From NCBI GenBank assembly GCA_023247795.1, contig JAHFFT010000006.1, positions 4,664 to 68,663 on the forward strand: 64,000 nt of DNA, read 5' to 3'. The notes under the pieces are model-generated. The model was given only the letters and a program-made list of their open reading frames with translations, did no database searches and had not been told where the DNA came from. Shown here one piece after another: positions 1-8,887 of the stretch. The stretch comes from Candidatus Omnitrophota bacterium. Its GTDB lineage: Bacteria > Omnitrophota > Gorgyraeia > Zapsychrales > JANLHA01. Position 1 is the first letter of the stretch, and every line of letters begins with the position of its first letter. A program made the translations under genes and the position numbers.

Positions 1-957
1 AAATCCGCGCACCCGCAAGAGCCCGTGCAAGACTCCGGCCTTCTCCCGACGGTAAACCGTGCCCAGTTCAAAAAACCGAACCGGCAAATCTCGATAAGAA
101 CGGATGGATGAATTATAAATCAACATATGCCCCGGACAGTTCATCGGCTTGACCGCATATTCCTCTTCATCGACGGAAAAATAATACATGTTTTCACGAT
201 AATGCTCGGCGTGCCCGCTTTTTTCCCAGAGCTTGCCTTTCAAAATGTGCGGCGTCATCACCAATTCATAACCGCGCTTGATGTTCTGCTCGCGGATGTA
301 ATCTTCGATTGTCTTACGCAGCATCGCACCCTTGGGATGATAAAACACCAAGCCTGCACCAGCGGTTTCGTTATAAGTGTTAAAAAGATCAAGCTGGACC
401 CCGAGCTTGCGATGATCGCGCTTCTTGGCCTCTTCAAGCAGGTCCAAATATTCCTTCATCTCTTCTTTCGAAAAAAACGCGGTGCCGTAAATCCTCTGCA
501 GCATGGGCTGCTTTTCGTCCCCGCGCCAATACGCCCCGGCGACCGATAACAGCTTGAACGCCTTGATCTCGCCGGAACTTTTGACATGCGGGCCCTTACA
601 CAAATCCATCCATTCCTCGCCGGTATGGAAAATGGAGACTTTCTCGTCGGACAACCCTTGGATGATCTCAACTTTGAATCGCTCGCCTTTTTCTTGAAAA
701 AGCTTAACAGCTTCTGCACGCGGCATAAAACTTTGCCGGAACGCGAGGTTGCGGTTGATGATCTTTTGCATCGCCTTCTCAATCTGGCTCAAATCCTCGT
801 CGGAAAATGGCTCTTTGCGATCAAAATCATAATAGAAACCGTTCTCGATCGCCGGACCAATGGTGACCTTGGTCTGCGGCCAGAGTTGTTGCACCGCTTG
901 TGCCATCACATGCGAACAACTGTGCCGTAATTTGTCGATATCGGTTTTATATTCCAT
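1..957 (-). CDS. thrS: Threonyl-tRNA synthetase (5' part; continues beyond the left edge)
   Basis: Manual translation from the ATG at 957 gives MEYKTDIDKLRHSCSHVMAQAVQQLWPQTKVTIGPAIENGFYYDFD, and later WLDLCKGPH and YAVKPMNCPGH, all ThrRS motifs. Absent from the ORF track because no stop falls inside the window. Confidence 0.96.
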   Translation of the reverse strand, partial: MEYKTDIDKLRHSCSHVMAQAVQQLWPQTKVTIGPAIENGFYYDFDRKEPFSDEDLSQIEKAMQKIINRNLAFRQSFMPRAEAVKLFQEKGERFKVEIIQGLSDEKVSIFHTGEEWMDLCKGPHVKSSGEIKAFKLLSVAGAYWRGDEKQPMLQRIYGTAFFSKEEMKEYLDLLEEAKKRDHRKLGVQLDLFNTYNETAGAGLVFYHPKGAMLRKTIEDYIREQNIKRGYELVMTPHILKGKLWEKSGHAEHYRENMYYFSVDEEEYAVKPMNCPGHMLIYNSSIRSYRDLPVRFFELGTVYRREKAGVLHGLLRVRGF

Positions 958-970
958 GGCTTTAAAAAAC

Positions 971-1047
971 TGGTGGGCGGTACAAGATTCGAACTTGTGA
1001 CCTTCACGATGTCAACGTGACACTCTAACCAACTGAGCTAACCGCCC
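971..1047 (-). tRNA. tRNA-Val(GAC)
   Basis: Cloverleaf GGGCGGT...ACCGCCC-ACCA; anticodon arm TCACG-TTGACAT-CGTGA; T loop TTCGAAT; CCA encoded. Confidence 0.96.
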
Positions 1048-1070
1048 CAATGATTCATCCATCTTTACTA

Positions 1071-1153
1071 TGGGCAAGGTGGGAGTCGAACCCACATGAC
1101 CTTGCAGTCACAGGATTTTAAGTCCTGCGTGTATGCCATTCCACCACTTGCCC
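1071..1153 (-). tRNA. tRNA-Leu(TAA)
   Basis: GGGCAAG...CTTGCCC-A; anticodon arm CAGGA-CTTAAAA-TCCTG; long variable arm; CCA not encoded. Confidence 0.95.
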
Positions 1154-1195
1154 ACATATCGTTTGATGGGGACTGTCCCGTCACCGTCCTCAAAA

Positions 1196-1267
1196 AGGCG
1201 AGGACCGGAATCGAACCGGTGAATAGTGGTTTTGCAGACCACTGCCTTACCACTTGGCTACCTCGCC
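1196..1267 (-). tRNA. tRNA-Cys(GCA)
   Basis: GGCGAGG...CCTCGCC-T; anticodon arm GTGGT-CTGCAAA-ACCAC. Confidence 0.95.
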
Positions 1268-1281
1268 AAAAATTTTTAAGA

Positions 1282-1452
1282 CCCTGTGCTGCGTCAAATT
1301 AATTCTTGTCGGTTGACTCCGCACTCCGCTAGGGGGGCAAGCCCCCCTTCGGCGCTCGTTTCACTCGCTGAGCACCCCCCAACCCTGGGGGAAAAATTTT
1401 CCCCCAAACCCCCTTTTAGTACACCGTTGCTATAAAATTTATTTAACGGTGT
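1282..1452. repeat. Multi-hairpin palindromic intergenic element (REP/MITE-like)
   Basis: Consecutive hairpins GGGGGGCAAGCCCCCC, GGGGGAAAAATTTTCCCCC and ACACCGTT...AACGGTGT. The minus strand contains GAGTGAAACGAGCG and TGCGGAGTCAA, which resemble the element at 28285 and 48977. Confidence 0.55.
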
Positions 1453-1504
1453 CCTTGAAGCGCTCTGTATCGAACGGTGGTTAAAATTGCGGAAAATCAA
1501 AGGG

Positions 1505-2047
1505 TCAATATTTTAACGATTGAATGACTTTTACAATCGTCTCGATCGCGGCAAGATGGCCTTTCCCATAATCCCCGCAGGCCAAATCTCCTTCTATCGG
1601 GTCAACAAATTTAACGCCCCGCTCTTTCAATTTCCGACAATTGTCCTGCACCGCCCGATTCTGATACATCGCCTCATTCATCGCCGGCGCTAAAACGATC
1701 GGGGCTCTCGTCGCTAAGGCAATGCAGGTCAACAAATCGTCTGCCAAACCGTTTGCCAACCGGCCAATGATGTTGGCCGTGGCCGGGGCAACAACCAAAA
1801 TATCTGCTTCTTGAGCCAAACGGATATGCAACATCTCACCGGATTCTTCATCCTTAAACATCTCATGATAAACCGGGCGGCCTGATAAACTCGCCAACGT
1901 TAATGGCGTGATGAATTGAGCGGCTCCGTCGGTCATCACGACGGTGACAACGTAATCTTTCTCACGCAAACGGCGCACCAAATCCGCTGACTTATAGGCA
2001 GCGATGCTTCCAGTGACACCCAAAACAATTTTTTTCTGCTGTTTCAT
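1505..2047 (-). CDS. coaC: Phosphopantothenoylcysteine decarboxylase (CoaC flavoprotein domain only)
   Basis: GVTGSIAAYK, HIRLA, APATAN, PAMN and LACG motifs; 180 aa with no CoaB domain. Confidence 0.9.
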   Translation of the reverse strand: MKQQKKIVLGVTGSIAAYKSADLVRRLREKDYVVTVVMTDGAAQFITPLTLASLSGRPVYHEMFKDEESGEMLHIRLAQEADILVVAPATANIIGRLANGLADDLLTCIALATRAPIVLAPAMNEAMYQNRAVQDNCRKLKERGVKFVDPIEGDLACGDYGKGHLAAIETIVKVIQSLKY

Positions 2048-2057
2048 AAAAACCCGC

Positions 2058-2336
2058 TTATACCGAACTCAACTCCGACTCTTCTTCCGCCGTGCTTTTC
2101 TTCGCTTCTTTTGACTTGGGTTGCGGCTTCAATTGATCGGAAACCTCTTTAAGAACGACCATGCCGGCTTTGATTTCTTCCAGCGCCAGTGTCGCTGTTT
2201 TTGTATTCGCGGGGAGCTCAATCAAAGGCTTCTTGCCGTCTGCTAATTCCATGGCTCGCTGAGAAGCCATGCGGATCAACTTGTAAATGCTCATGCCCGA
2301 TTTGGGCAGTAGTTCTTCGATTGGCGGATAGCCCAT
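2058..2336 (-). CDS. rpoZ: RNA polymerase omega subunit
   Basis: PPIEELL...SIYKLIRMASQRAMEL...ALEEI; gmk-rpoZ-coaBC synteny. Confidence 0.88.
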   Translation of the reverse strand: MGYPPIEELLPKSGMSIYKLIRMASQRAMELADGKKPLIELPANTKTATLALEEIKAGMVVLKEVSDQLKPQPKSKEAKKSTAEEESELSSV

Positions 2337-2428
2337 ACTTTCCTCCTGAATTAAAACTCGTTGTTATATAAGAAATTAGGAATGATATATATCATACCAC
2401 CCTTTGCTTGTCAACGATTGAATCGGCC

Positions 2429-3001
2429 TTAAACTAAGAGGACTTGCGAAAAAAGCTTTGCCAAACGGCGATAGGCTTTTTCGAGTTGATCATTGATGAT
2501 CACATAATCATAGTGCTGCTGTTCCCTCAACTCCTTCCTGGCGGTTTGCAGACGAATGGATAGATCTTGCGATTTTTCGGTCTTGCGACCTTTAAGCCGT
2601 GTTTGCAAATCACGAAATGTCGGCGTTTTAACAAAAACTTTTAAAACATTTTTATGCTGCCTCATCACCTGCTTGGCGCCCTTCACATCAATGCACAAAA
2701 GGACATTCACCCCACTTTTTAACAATCGGCGGACATTCTGTTTTGGTGTGCCATAATATTGTCCAAACACATTCTGCGATTCCATAAAATGACCGGCGCG
2801 CTTTTTATACTCAAACATCCTTTTGCTGACAAAAAAATAATCATGGCTATGCCGTTCATTTGGCCGACGCTCCCGCGTTGTCACCGATATTGACTTGACC
2901 AAAATCTTGCGGAATTTTCTGCTGGCCAATAGCTTTTTATAAAGCGATGTCTTGCCGGAGCCTGACGGACCGGAAAGAATGACGATCCTTGCTTTGCGCA
3001 T
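2429..3001 (-). CDS. gmk: Guanylate kinase
   Basis: SGPSGSGKTS P-loop; SVTTRERRPNE; DYFFVS; YYGTP. Confidence 0.96.
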   Translation of the reverse strand: MRKARIVILSGPSGSGKTSLYKKLLASRKFRKILVKSISVTTRERRPNERHSHDYFFVSKRMFEYKKRAGHFMESQNVFGQYYGTPKQNVRRLLKSGVNVLLCIDVKGAKQVMRQHKNVLKVFVKTPTFRDLQTRLKGRKTEKSQDLSIRLQTARKELREQQHYDYVIINDQLEKAYRRLAKLFSQVLLV

Positions 3002-3010
3002 GAAAATTTT

Positions 3011-3832
3011 CTATTCGATGTTTTGGGCCTGCTCGCGCAGTTTTTCGATTTTACTTTTTATGGCGATCACGGCATTGGAGACAAGCTTGTCTTGCAATTT
3101 TGAGCCGATCGTGTTTGTTTCTCGCTGCATCTCCTGGGCGACAAAATCCAACTTCTTCCCAACGCCCATCGCTGTTTTTAACAGCAATTTGAATTCATCA
3201 ATATAATGCGTGAGGCGAGCTCTCTCCTCATTGATGTCTGTTCCTTTTTGAAAAGACAGGAATTCTTCCGTCGACAATTTCTGCTTTTGCTCACGGTGGA
3301 TGACCTTCGAACGGTTATTGATGCTGCGCAATTGTGCTCTCATGCCCAAAAGCACACTGGAAACGTCTTTGAAAAGACTGCGGCCTTCGCTCTTGCGCAT
3401 CGTCAATAGGCTGTTCAACGCCACAAGCAAGGCCTTTTCCATCGCCGGCCAAAGCTCGTCGATATCGATCGATATCTCCTTCGCTTCAACCACCCCCGGC
3501 AGCTTCACGACATCCGTAAACAATAACGTGTCACTGATTCCAAACTCCTGCTTTAAGCCCTTGGCCGCCCGCAAATATTCTTTGATCACGTCTTTATTAA
3601 ACTCCAACTTTTGCAAAGATCTTTCCATGATCTTCAGTGAAATGGTAACGCGGCCCCTTTCAATTTTTTTAGCGACAACTGGGCGCATTTTGTTTTCCAA
3701 GGCCGCGAAACCGATCGGCAAAAAAAAGACCGCATCCAAATAGCGGTGATTTTGACTTTTAACCTCAACCACTCCCTTGACCCTTCCCCAGGAGAACTGG
3801 GAACTACCAAATCCTGTCATCCCATTGATCAT
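3011..3832 (-). CDS. yicC: YicC/YloC family endoribonuclease
   Basis: MINGMTGFG, EVKSQNHRYLD, GKKLDFVAQEMQRETNTIGSK, KLREQAQNIE. Start moved to the ATG at 3832, which follows AAGGA. Confidence 0.92.
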   Translation of the reverse strand: MINGMTGFGSSQFSWGRVKGVVEVKSQNHRYLDAVFFLPIGFAALENKMRPVVAKKIERGRVTISLKIMERSLQKLEFNKDVIKEYLRAAKGLKQEFGISDTLLFTDVVKLPGVVEAKEISIDIDELWPAMEKALLVALNSLLTMRKSEGRSLFKDVSSVLLGMRAQLRSINNRSKVIHREQKQKLSTEEFLSFQKGTDINEERARLTHYIDEFKLLLKTAMGVGKKLDFVAQEMQRETNTIGSKLQDKLVSNAVIAIKSKIEKLREQAQNIE

Positions 3833-3893
3833 ATTTTTTTCCTTTAAATGAACGTTTGAATTGCGCGGTACCGCGATCTTCTCAGGAGATTGC

Positions 3894-4394
3894 TCACTTC
3901 CAAACCGCTTTGAACCCATTTTGACTCTTAACTGTTTTTACTGGAAAAATCCTTTCTTCAATTTGATCCGGAAAAAACCAAAGCTTGATCTCACGTTTAG
4001 CCTCTTTCGCGTCAGACGAGACGTGAATAATATTTTCATAGACTCCTTGTTGGGTAATACGACCAAAAGCCCCGCGGATCGAATTGGGATCTGCCTCTTC
4101 CGGATTGGTTGCTCCGGCAACCACCCGGCATTTTCTTACCGCATTGCTTCCCCCATAAATGATGACCAAAACCTTATTTTGTCCGTGATATTTTCCCAGC
4201 AAATAATCAATGACTTGTTGATAAAAGGGTTGGTCTTTGATGTGTTGATAATGCTTTCGCGCCAACTCAAAATTTGTCGCAACCATACGACAGGCAAAAA
4301 TTTTTAAATTTGTTTGGCTGAATTTTGTAAAAATCGGGCCGATCAGATTCTTAATAATACCGTCGGGCTTAATCAATACCAATGCGTATTCCAT
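3894..4394 (-). CDS. ndk: Nucleoside diphosphate kinase
   Basis: LIKPDG, GATNP, SIRG and NIIHVSS (catalytic His) motifs. Confidence 0.93.
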   Translation of the reverse strand: MEYALVLIKPDGIIKNLIGPIFTKFSQTNLKIFACRMVATNFELARKHYQHIKDQPFYQQVIDYLLGKYHGQNKVLVIIYGGSNAVRKCRVVAGATNPEEADPNSIRGAFGRITQQGVYENIIHVSSDAKEAKREIKLWFFPDQIEERIFPVKTVKSQNGFKAVWK

Positions 4395-4419
4395 GAGGCG
4401 CTTTTCTCTGTGAAGTCCT

Positions 4420-5289
4420 TTACGCCGGTGTTATCAGTTTAAGAAGCCGCTCAAGATCATCCGCGGAATAATACTCAATGACAATCTTTCCTCTTTTCTT
4501 TTGCGGCTGAATGCGGACCCTTGTTCCCAAAGCTTTTTGCAAATCTTCTTCGATGAACGTTAGATCATGATGTCGTTGTTGAATTTTTAATTCTCTTCTT
4601 TTGACCGCCTCGGGCTTTTTCGTGCGCACAAAATTTTCGACTTCGCGAACCGACATTCCCTTTTCAAGGATATAAAGAAAGGCCTCTCGCTGCTGCGCGA
4701 CATCAAGAATTCCTAAAAGTGCCCGGGCATGCCCCATGGAAAGCTCTCCTCGATAAACGCTTTTTTGGATTTCCTCTGGCAATTTCAATAATCTTATCGC
4801 ATTGGTGATCGTTGAGCCGTCCTTGCCTACCGATTTGGCAATGGCTTCATGGGTCATACCAAATTCCTGAATCAGCCGCTTAAAGGCCAAGGCTTCCTCA
4901 ATGGCATTGAGATCCTCCCTCTGAATGTTCTCAATCAACGCCAAGACAAAGGCCTTTTCATTTGAAACATTCTTGATAATCGCTGGAATTTTTTTCATTG
5001 CCGCTGCTTTTGCTGCCAGCAACCTTCGCTCGCCGGCCACAACCTCAAATCCGCCTTCGATTTCACGCAGCAAAAGCGGTTGTAAAATTCCATTTTCCTT
5101 GATGGATAAAATCAATTCATTGAGTTTGGTTTCATTATAATCGGTACGCGGCTGCAACGAATTTCTACGAATCTTATCCGTGTCAATGAGATGAACCTCT
5201 CCGTCCAAAATTTGTTTATCGCGAGTCCCCAATTCAGCCTTATCCGGGATTAGCGCTGACAATCCTTTTCCTAAAGCTCTTGATTCCAT
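4420..5289 (-). CDS. parB: Chromosome partitioning protein ParB/Spo0J
   Basis: ALGKGLSALI, QPR, GILQPL, VAGERR, ENIQREDLN and an HTH. Confidence 0.97.
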   Translation of the reverse strand: MESRALGKGLSALIPDKAELGTRDKQILDGEVHLIDTDKIRRNSLQPRTDYNETKLNELILSIKENGILQPLLLREIEGGFEVVAGERRLLAAKAAAMKKIPAIIKNVSNEKAFVLALIENIQREDLNAIEEALAFKRLIQEFGMTHEAIAKSVGKDGSTITNAIRLLKLPEEIQKSVYRGELSMGHARALLGILDVAQQREAFLYILEKGMSVREVENFVRTKKPEAVKRRELKIQQRHHDLTFIEEDLQKALGTRVRIQPQKKRGKIVIEYYSADDLERLLKLITPA

Positions 5290-5303
5290 GACTTCTCCTG
5301 CGT

Positions 5304-6167
5304 TTATGCGTTATCGGTTTGTGATTTCATTTGTTCGGTTGGTTCGATTCCTTTTTCATTGGAAATATTTTTTATCCTGTTTAATTCCAATTGTTTACGA
5401 TCTTTCACCTGTTCTCCCAGCAATTCTTTTGCAAGTTCTTCGTACCTTCTTGCTCCGCTGCAAATCGGATCATATAACATAATTGGCTTTCCAAAGCTTG
5501 GCGCCTCACTCAATTTGATATTACGAGGAATAATGGTCTTATAAACTTTTTCCTTGAAATACCCCTTGATTTCATTGATGACCTCAGTTGTCAAATTGGT
5601 ACGAAAATCCGCCATGGTTAGTAAAACTCCTTCAATTTCTAAATCCGTATTCAAACCATCTTTGATCAAATTGATCGTATTCAATAATTGCGAAACACCC
5701 TCAAGCGCATAAAACTCACATTGGATTGGAATAATGATCGACTGGCTTGCAACCAAAGCGTTAAGAGTTAACAAACCCAGCGATGGCGGAGAATCAATGA
5801 AGATATAATCATATTGATCTTTTACCGATGAGAGGGCGCGCTTGAGCCGCGTTTCTCGTGAAAGGGCGCCGACCAATTCAATTTCAGCGCCGGTCAAATT
5901 GATATTGCAGGGAATGATATCGAGATTTTGATAAAAATTTTTTATTATTGCTTCCTCGACGGGAGATTTCTGAAGCAAGACGTCATAAATCGAAATTTTA
6001 ATCTCACCTTTGTTAACACCGGTGCCGCTCGTTGTGTTTCCTTGCGGATCCGTATCTATAACCAAAACCTTTTTATTTTGCTGAGCGACCGCAAATGACA
6101 GATTTACCGCTGTTGTTGTTTTGCCGGTCCCTCCTTTTTGATTACAAATTGAAATGATTCGCGCCAT
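5304..6167 (-). CDS. parA: Chromosome partitioning ATPase ParA/Soj
   Basis: NQKGGTGKTT deviant Walker A; DTDPQGN; DSPPSLG; EAPSFGKP. Confidence 0.97.
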   Translation of the reverse strand: MARIISICNQKGGTGKTTTAVNLSFAVAQQNKKVLVIDTDPQGNTTSGTGVNKGEIKISIYDVLLQKSPVEEAIIKNFYQNLDIIPCNINLTGAEIELVGALSRETRLKRALSSVKDQYDYIFIDSPPSLGLLTLNALVASQSIIIPIQCEFYALEGVSQLLNTINLIKDGLNTDLEIEGVLLTMADFRTNLTTEVINEIKGYFKEKVYKTIIPRNIKLSEAPSFGKPIMLYDPICSGARRYEELAKELLGEQVKDRKQLELNRIKNISNEKGIEPTEQMKSQTDNA

Positions 6168-6187
6168 AATGATTTAATTTTTTATCG

Positions 6188-6203
6188 CTATTCACGTGAA
6201 ACG
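6188..6203. promoter_or_regulatory. Putative parS site
   Basis: CTATTCACGTGAAACG matches 12/16 positions of the parS consensus TGTTTCACGTGAAACA and lies immediately upstream of parA. Confidence 0.6.
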
Positions 6204-6256
6204 CAAATTCTCAAAAGCCATTCTCTCCCATATAATTGCAAAAATCAACAACAATT

Positions 6257-6451
6257 TCAATTTTTAACAACAACTCTGATCTTGGCCGGCTTTGCTCCCT
6301 CCATCCCAAACAAACCTTTTTTCTCTTCGCAGACGACTTTAACTAAAATGTCTTCTCTAGATACCTTTAGAACCTCCAATGCTTTCTTAATGGCGTCTTC
6401 GACATTGAGGCCTTCGATTTCGATTGACTTCTTCTTTCTGTGCCTATCCAT
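6257..6451 (-). CDS. Stand-alone Jag/EloR N-terminal domain protein
   Basis: EGLNVEDAIKKALEVL...EEKKGLFG...KPAKIRV is a Jag_N pattern. It overlaps the yidC stop and has no KH or R3H domain. Confidence 0.85.
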   Translation of the reverse strand: MDRHRKKKSIEIEGLNVEDAIKKALEVLKVSREDILVKVVCEEKKGLFGMEGAKPAKIRVVVKN

Positions 6452-8093
6452 TTATAACCACCTGCGGCTGTTTGGACATTCTCCACTGTGTCAACGTCGA
6501 CAGCAAATAAAACACCGTAAAGTACAAACACAATCCACTTGCGAATTTGTAAAAAATAAATCCAATAAATACTGGAAATATCGTCATCATCATTTTTTGT
6601 TGGGCGATTTGCGCCGGATCAGTAACGACCATGTTTCTTGCCGACATTTTTTGCTGAAAAAACATAATAAGCATCATTAGCAAAGGTAACAAATTAAGTT
6701 CATTCCCAATAATTGGAAGCATGTAGGGAAGTATGAATAATTGATCCGGCATCGATAAATCCTTAATCCAAAGAAATCCCGCCCCTTTAAAGGAAACTGA
6801 CCTCCATAGCACCTGATATAAACCAATAAAAATCGGCATTTGCAAAATCAGCGGTAAACAGCCTCCTATAGGGTTGATGCGATGCTCTTTGTACAAAGCC
6901 ATCATTTCTTGATTTAATTTTTGCGGATTTGTCTTGTATTTTTCCTTCAATTGAGTCAATTTTGGCTGCAAAGCCTGCATTTTTTTCATTGAAAGCATAC
7001 TCTTTTTTGTTAAAGGATACATGAGAAGATGCAACATTACGCTTACTGAAATGATACAAAACCCCCAACTAGGAACAATTTTATACAGGAAATGCATAAA
7101 TTTATATATAATTTTTGAAACGGCATCAAAAATTCCTATTCCAGAAAACGACATAATAGGTTCAAAGCCTTGATTATACTCTTTCAGTCGTTCGAGGATT
7201 TGCGGACCACAATAAATCGAATAATTTAAAGTGATTTTCCCTCCCGCAGGTATCTCAACTTTTTCACGTGCAAAAGCTAAATCCAATATGTTATCAGCAA
7301 CGTAATGAATTCTGTAATGACTTACTGGCTCCTTTGGGTTAACAATTAAACAGTAATAACGATCCCGAAATCCAAGCCAGTTGACTTCCCCCGAATCCTG
7401 CTTCTCATCCTTTTTAGAAAATCGAAAGGCGTTTCCTTTTCGTATCACACCACTGGCTAGACTAACTGAATATTCAAAAAGGGTGCGCTCTCGAGAATTG
7501 TCCATTCTGGAAATGTCCAATCTGTTATTGTCCATTCTGGTAATGTCCAATCTGGAAATGTCCAATCTGAATCCTTTTATGTGTAAATCAATCAGTTTGG
7601 ACATTTTTGATATGTTTTCGATTTCAATCTCAGATTGGACATTATAATCATCCGTCAAATGATACTTCTTAGATATTTTAATATCATTTTCTTGATACGA
7701 GTAGCTGATTTCTCTATTATCAACTGCTAGGTGATCTAAATGATATTCAACCGAATCATGACCATCCATTGTCAAAATTTCGGTTACAGGCAAACTTGCT
7801 TTATACTCACGCAAATAAATGGATTTGATCGAACCACCCAAATTAGTGAAATCGACGTCATACTTAGCGGTCTGTTCATGCTGGATTGTCTCGGGAGTTT
7901 TTGTAGATTTATCTGCCGCTGCCAACGCCGAATCGCTTTGTGTGACAGCCGTCGTTGATTTGTCTAAACTTTGGGAATTTTTCGGAAGAAAATCAGTAGT
8001 ATTTACGCGGGGTGTCGGCCTTGGCATTAATGTACTCCAAAGCAGTAAGACAAGGAAGGATAGTGTAAAAGCTAATATCAGCCGTTTTTCCAT
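6444..8093 (-). CDS. yidC: Membrane protein insertase YidC
   Basis: N-terminal TM segment, periplasmic domain, SMKKMQALQP, NPIGGCLPLILQMPIF, FLWIKDLS, SGLCLY. Confidence 0.97.
   Translation of the reverse strand: MEKRLILAFTLSFLVLLLWSTLMPRPTPRVNTTDFLPKNSQSLDKSTTAVTQSDSALAAADKSTKTPETIQHEQTAKYDVDFTNLGGSIKSIYLREYKASLPVTEILTMDGHDSVEYHLDHLAVDNREISYSYQENDIKISKKYHLTDDYNVQSEIEIENISKMSKLIDLHIKGFRLDISRLDITRMDNNRLDISRMDNSRERTLFEYSVSLASGVIRKGNAFRFSKKDEKQDSGEVNWLGFRDRYYCLIVNPKEPVSHYRIHYVADNILDLAFAREKVEIPAGGKITLNYSIYCGPQILERLKEYNQGFEPIMSFSGIGIFDAVSKIIYKFMHFLYKIVPSWGFCIISVSVMLHLLMYPLTKKSMLSMKKMQALQPKLTQLKEKYKTNPQKLNQEMMALYKEHRINPIGGCLPLILQMPIFIGLYQVLWRSVSFKGAGFLWIKDLSMPDQLFILPYMLPIIGNELNLLPLLMMLIMFFQQKMSARNMVVTDPAQIAQQKMMMTIFPVFIGFIFYKFASGLCLYFTVFYLLSTLTQWRMSKQPQVVING
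7496..7570. repeat. Five in-frame 15-bp tandem repeats inside yidC
   Basis: aattgtccattctgg / aaatgtccaatctgt / tattgtccattctgg / taatgtccaatctgg / aaatgtccaatctga, encoding RLDISRLDITRMDNNRLDISRMDNS. Confidence 0.92.
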
Positions 8094-8218
8094 TATTTCA
8101 TTTGCTTTGTAGAAGTAGAAGCGACAGGCAAGTCGCTCTTAATACATGAAGTGTTTCTGCAGTCAGATCTTACAATATATCTCCTGGCCCGAGTGACATA
8201 TTCGTTGTCAGCAACCAC
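8093..8218 (-). CDS. Possible 41-aa ORF between rpmH and yidC
   Basis: Its GTG overlaps the rpmH stop (TAGTG) and its TAA overlaps the yidC ATG (TAATG). Translation [41 protein letters not shown]; no recognisable family. Confidence 0.3.
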   Translation of the reverse strand: MVADNEYVTRARRYIVRSDCRNTSCIKSDLPVASTSTKQMK

Positions 8219-8355
8219 TATACAGTTAAGCGGTGCCGGCCTTTTGCTCGACGTCTCTTTAAGACTTCCCGGCCACCAGAAGCTGACATTCTTCGTCGAA
8301 AACCGTGTAATCTTTTGCCTTTTAAGTTGGATTTTGATTTGAGATGCTTCTTCAT
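8218..8355 (-). CDS. rpmH: 50S ribosomal protein L34
   Basis: Manual translation [45 protein letters not shown] (45 aa, below the ORF-track cutoff); divergent from dnaA. Confidence 0.95.
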   Translation of the reverse strand: MKKHLKSKSNLKGKRLHGFRRRMSASGGREVLKRRRAKGRHRLTV

Positions 8356-8640
8356 AGTTCGCAAATTATAACATAGTCGATAACTCAGTCAAGCTATTTC
8401 CTAATGCATTGCTTAGCAGAGACATAAAAGTCTTTCAAAAAAAAGGAGTTACCAACATTTCGACTCCATATTCTAATTATGGAAAGGCGCCCAACAGAAA
8501 ATTGATTTGCATATTTTAGGTAGTTTGTTATAATGAAAATCCTTTACGAAAAAAAACACATTTCCATAAGATTTGGTTAAATTTTTTCTAATAGCGTTCG
8601 TGTGCATTTCAAAAGTCGTAAAATTCGCATAATTAACAGC

Positions 8641-8724
8641 TGTGTATAACCTGTGGAATCACACTTCAAAAGCACATAAAACGTTTATTTACAACTGTTT
8701 ACATTTAATTAAGACTGTTGATAA
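8641..8724. promoter_or_regulatory. DnaA boxes upstream of dnaA
   Basis: TGTGTATAA (8641-8649) and TGTTGATAA (8716-8724) in the AT-rich rpmH-dnaA spacer. Confidence 0.7.
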
Positions 8725-8887
8725 CTTTTTTAAAAACACCGTTTTCTTGGAAATCCTATTATCACACGTCCTGCGCCGTAACAATGAACGACGTTAAAAT
8801 ATCCATTGCATTAACGACCACAAACATTTATCATTGACATTACTCAATTTGCTTTCTCAACTTTTATTGCGCGTTAATATCTAAATC

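Noticed and set aside
1-957. ThrRS lacking the N-terminal TGS domain as a novelty
   Set aside because: Short-form ThrRS starting at the editing domain is known in many bacteria.
127-1500. ORF-track entries over thrS, the tRNAs and the palindromic element
   Set aside because: They are antisense or off-frame shadows of thrS, tRNA genes and repeat DNA.
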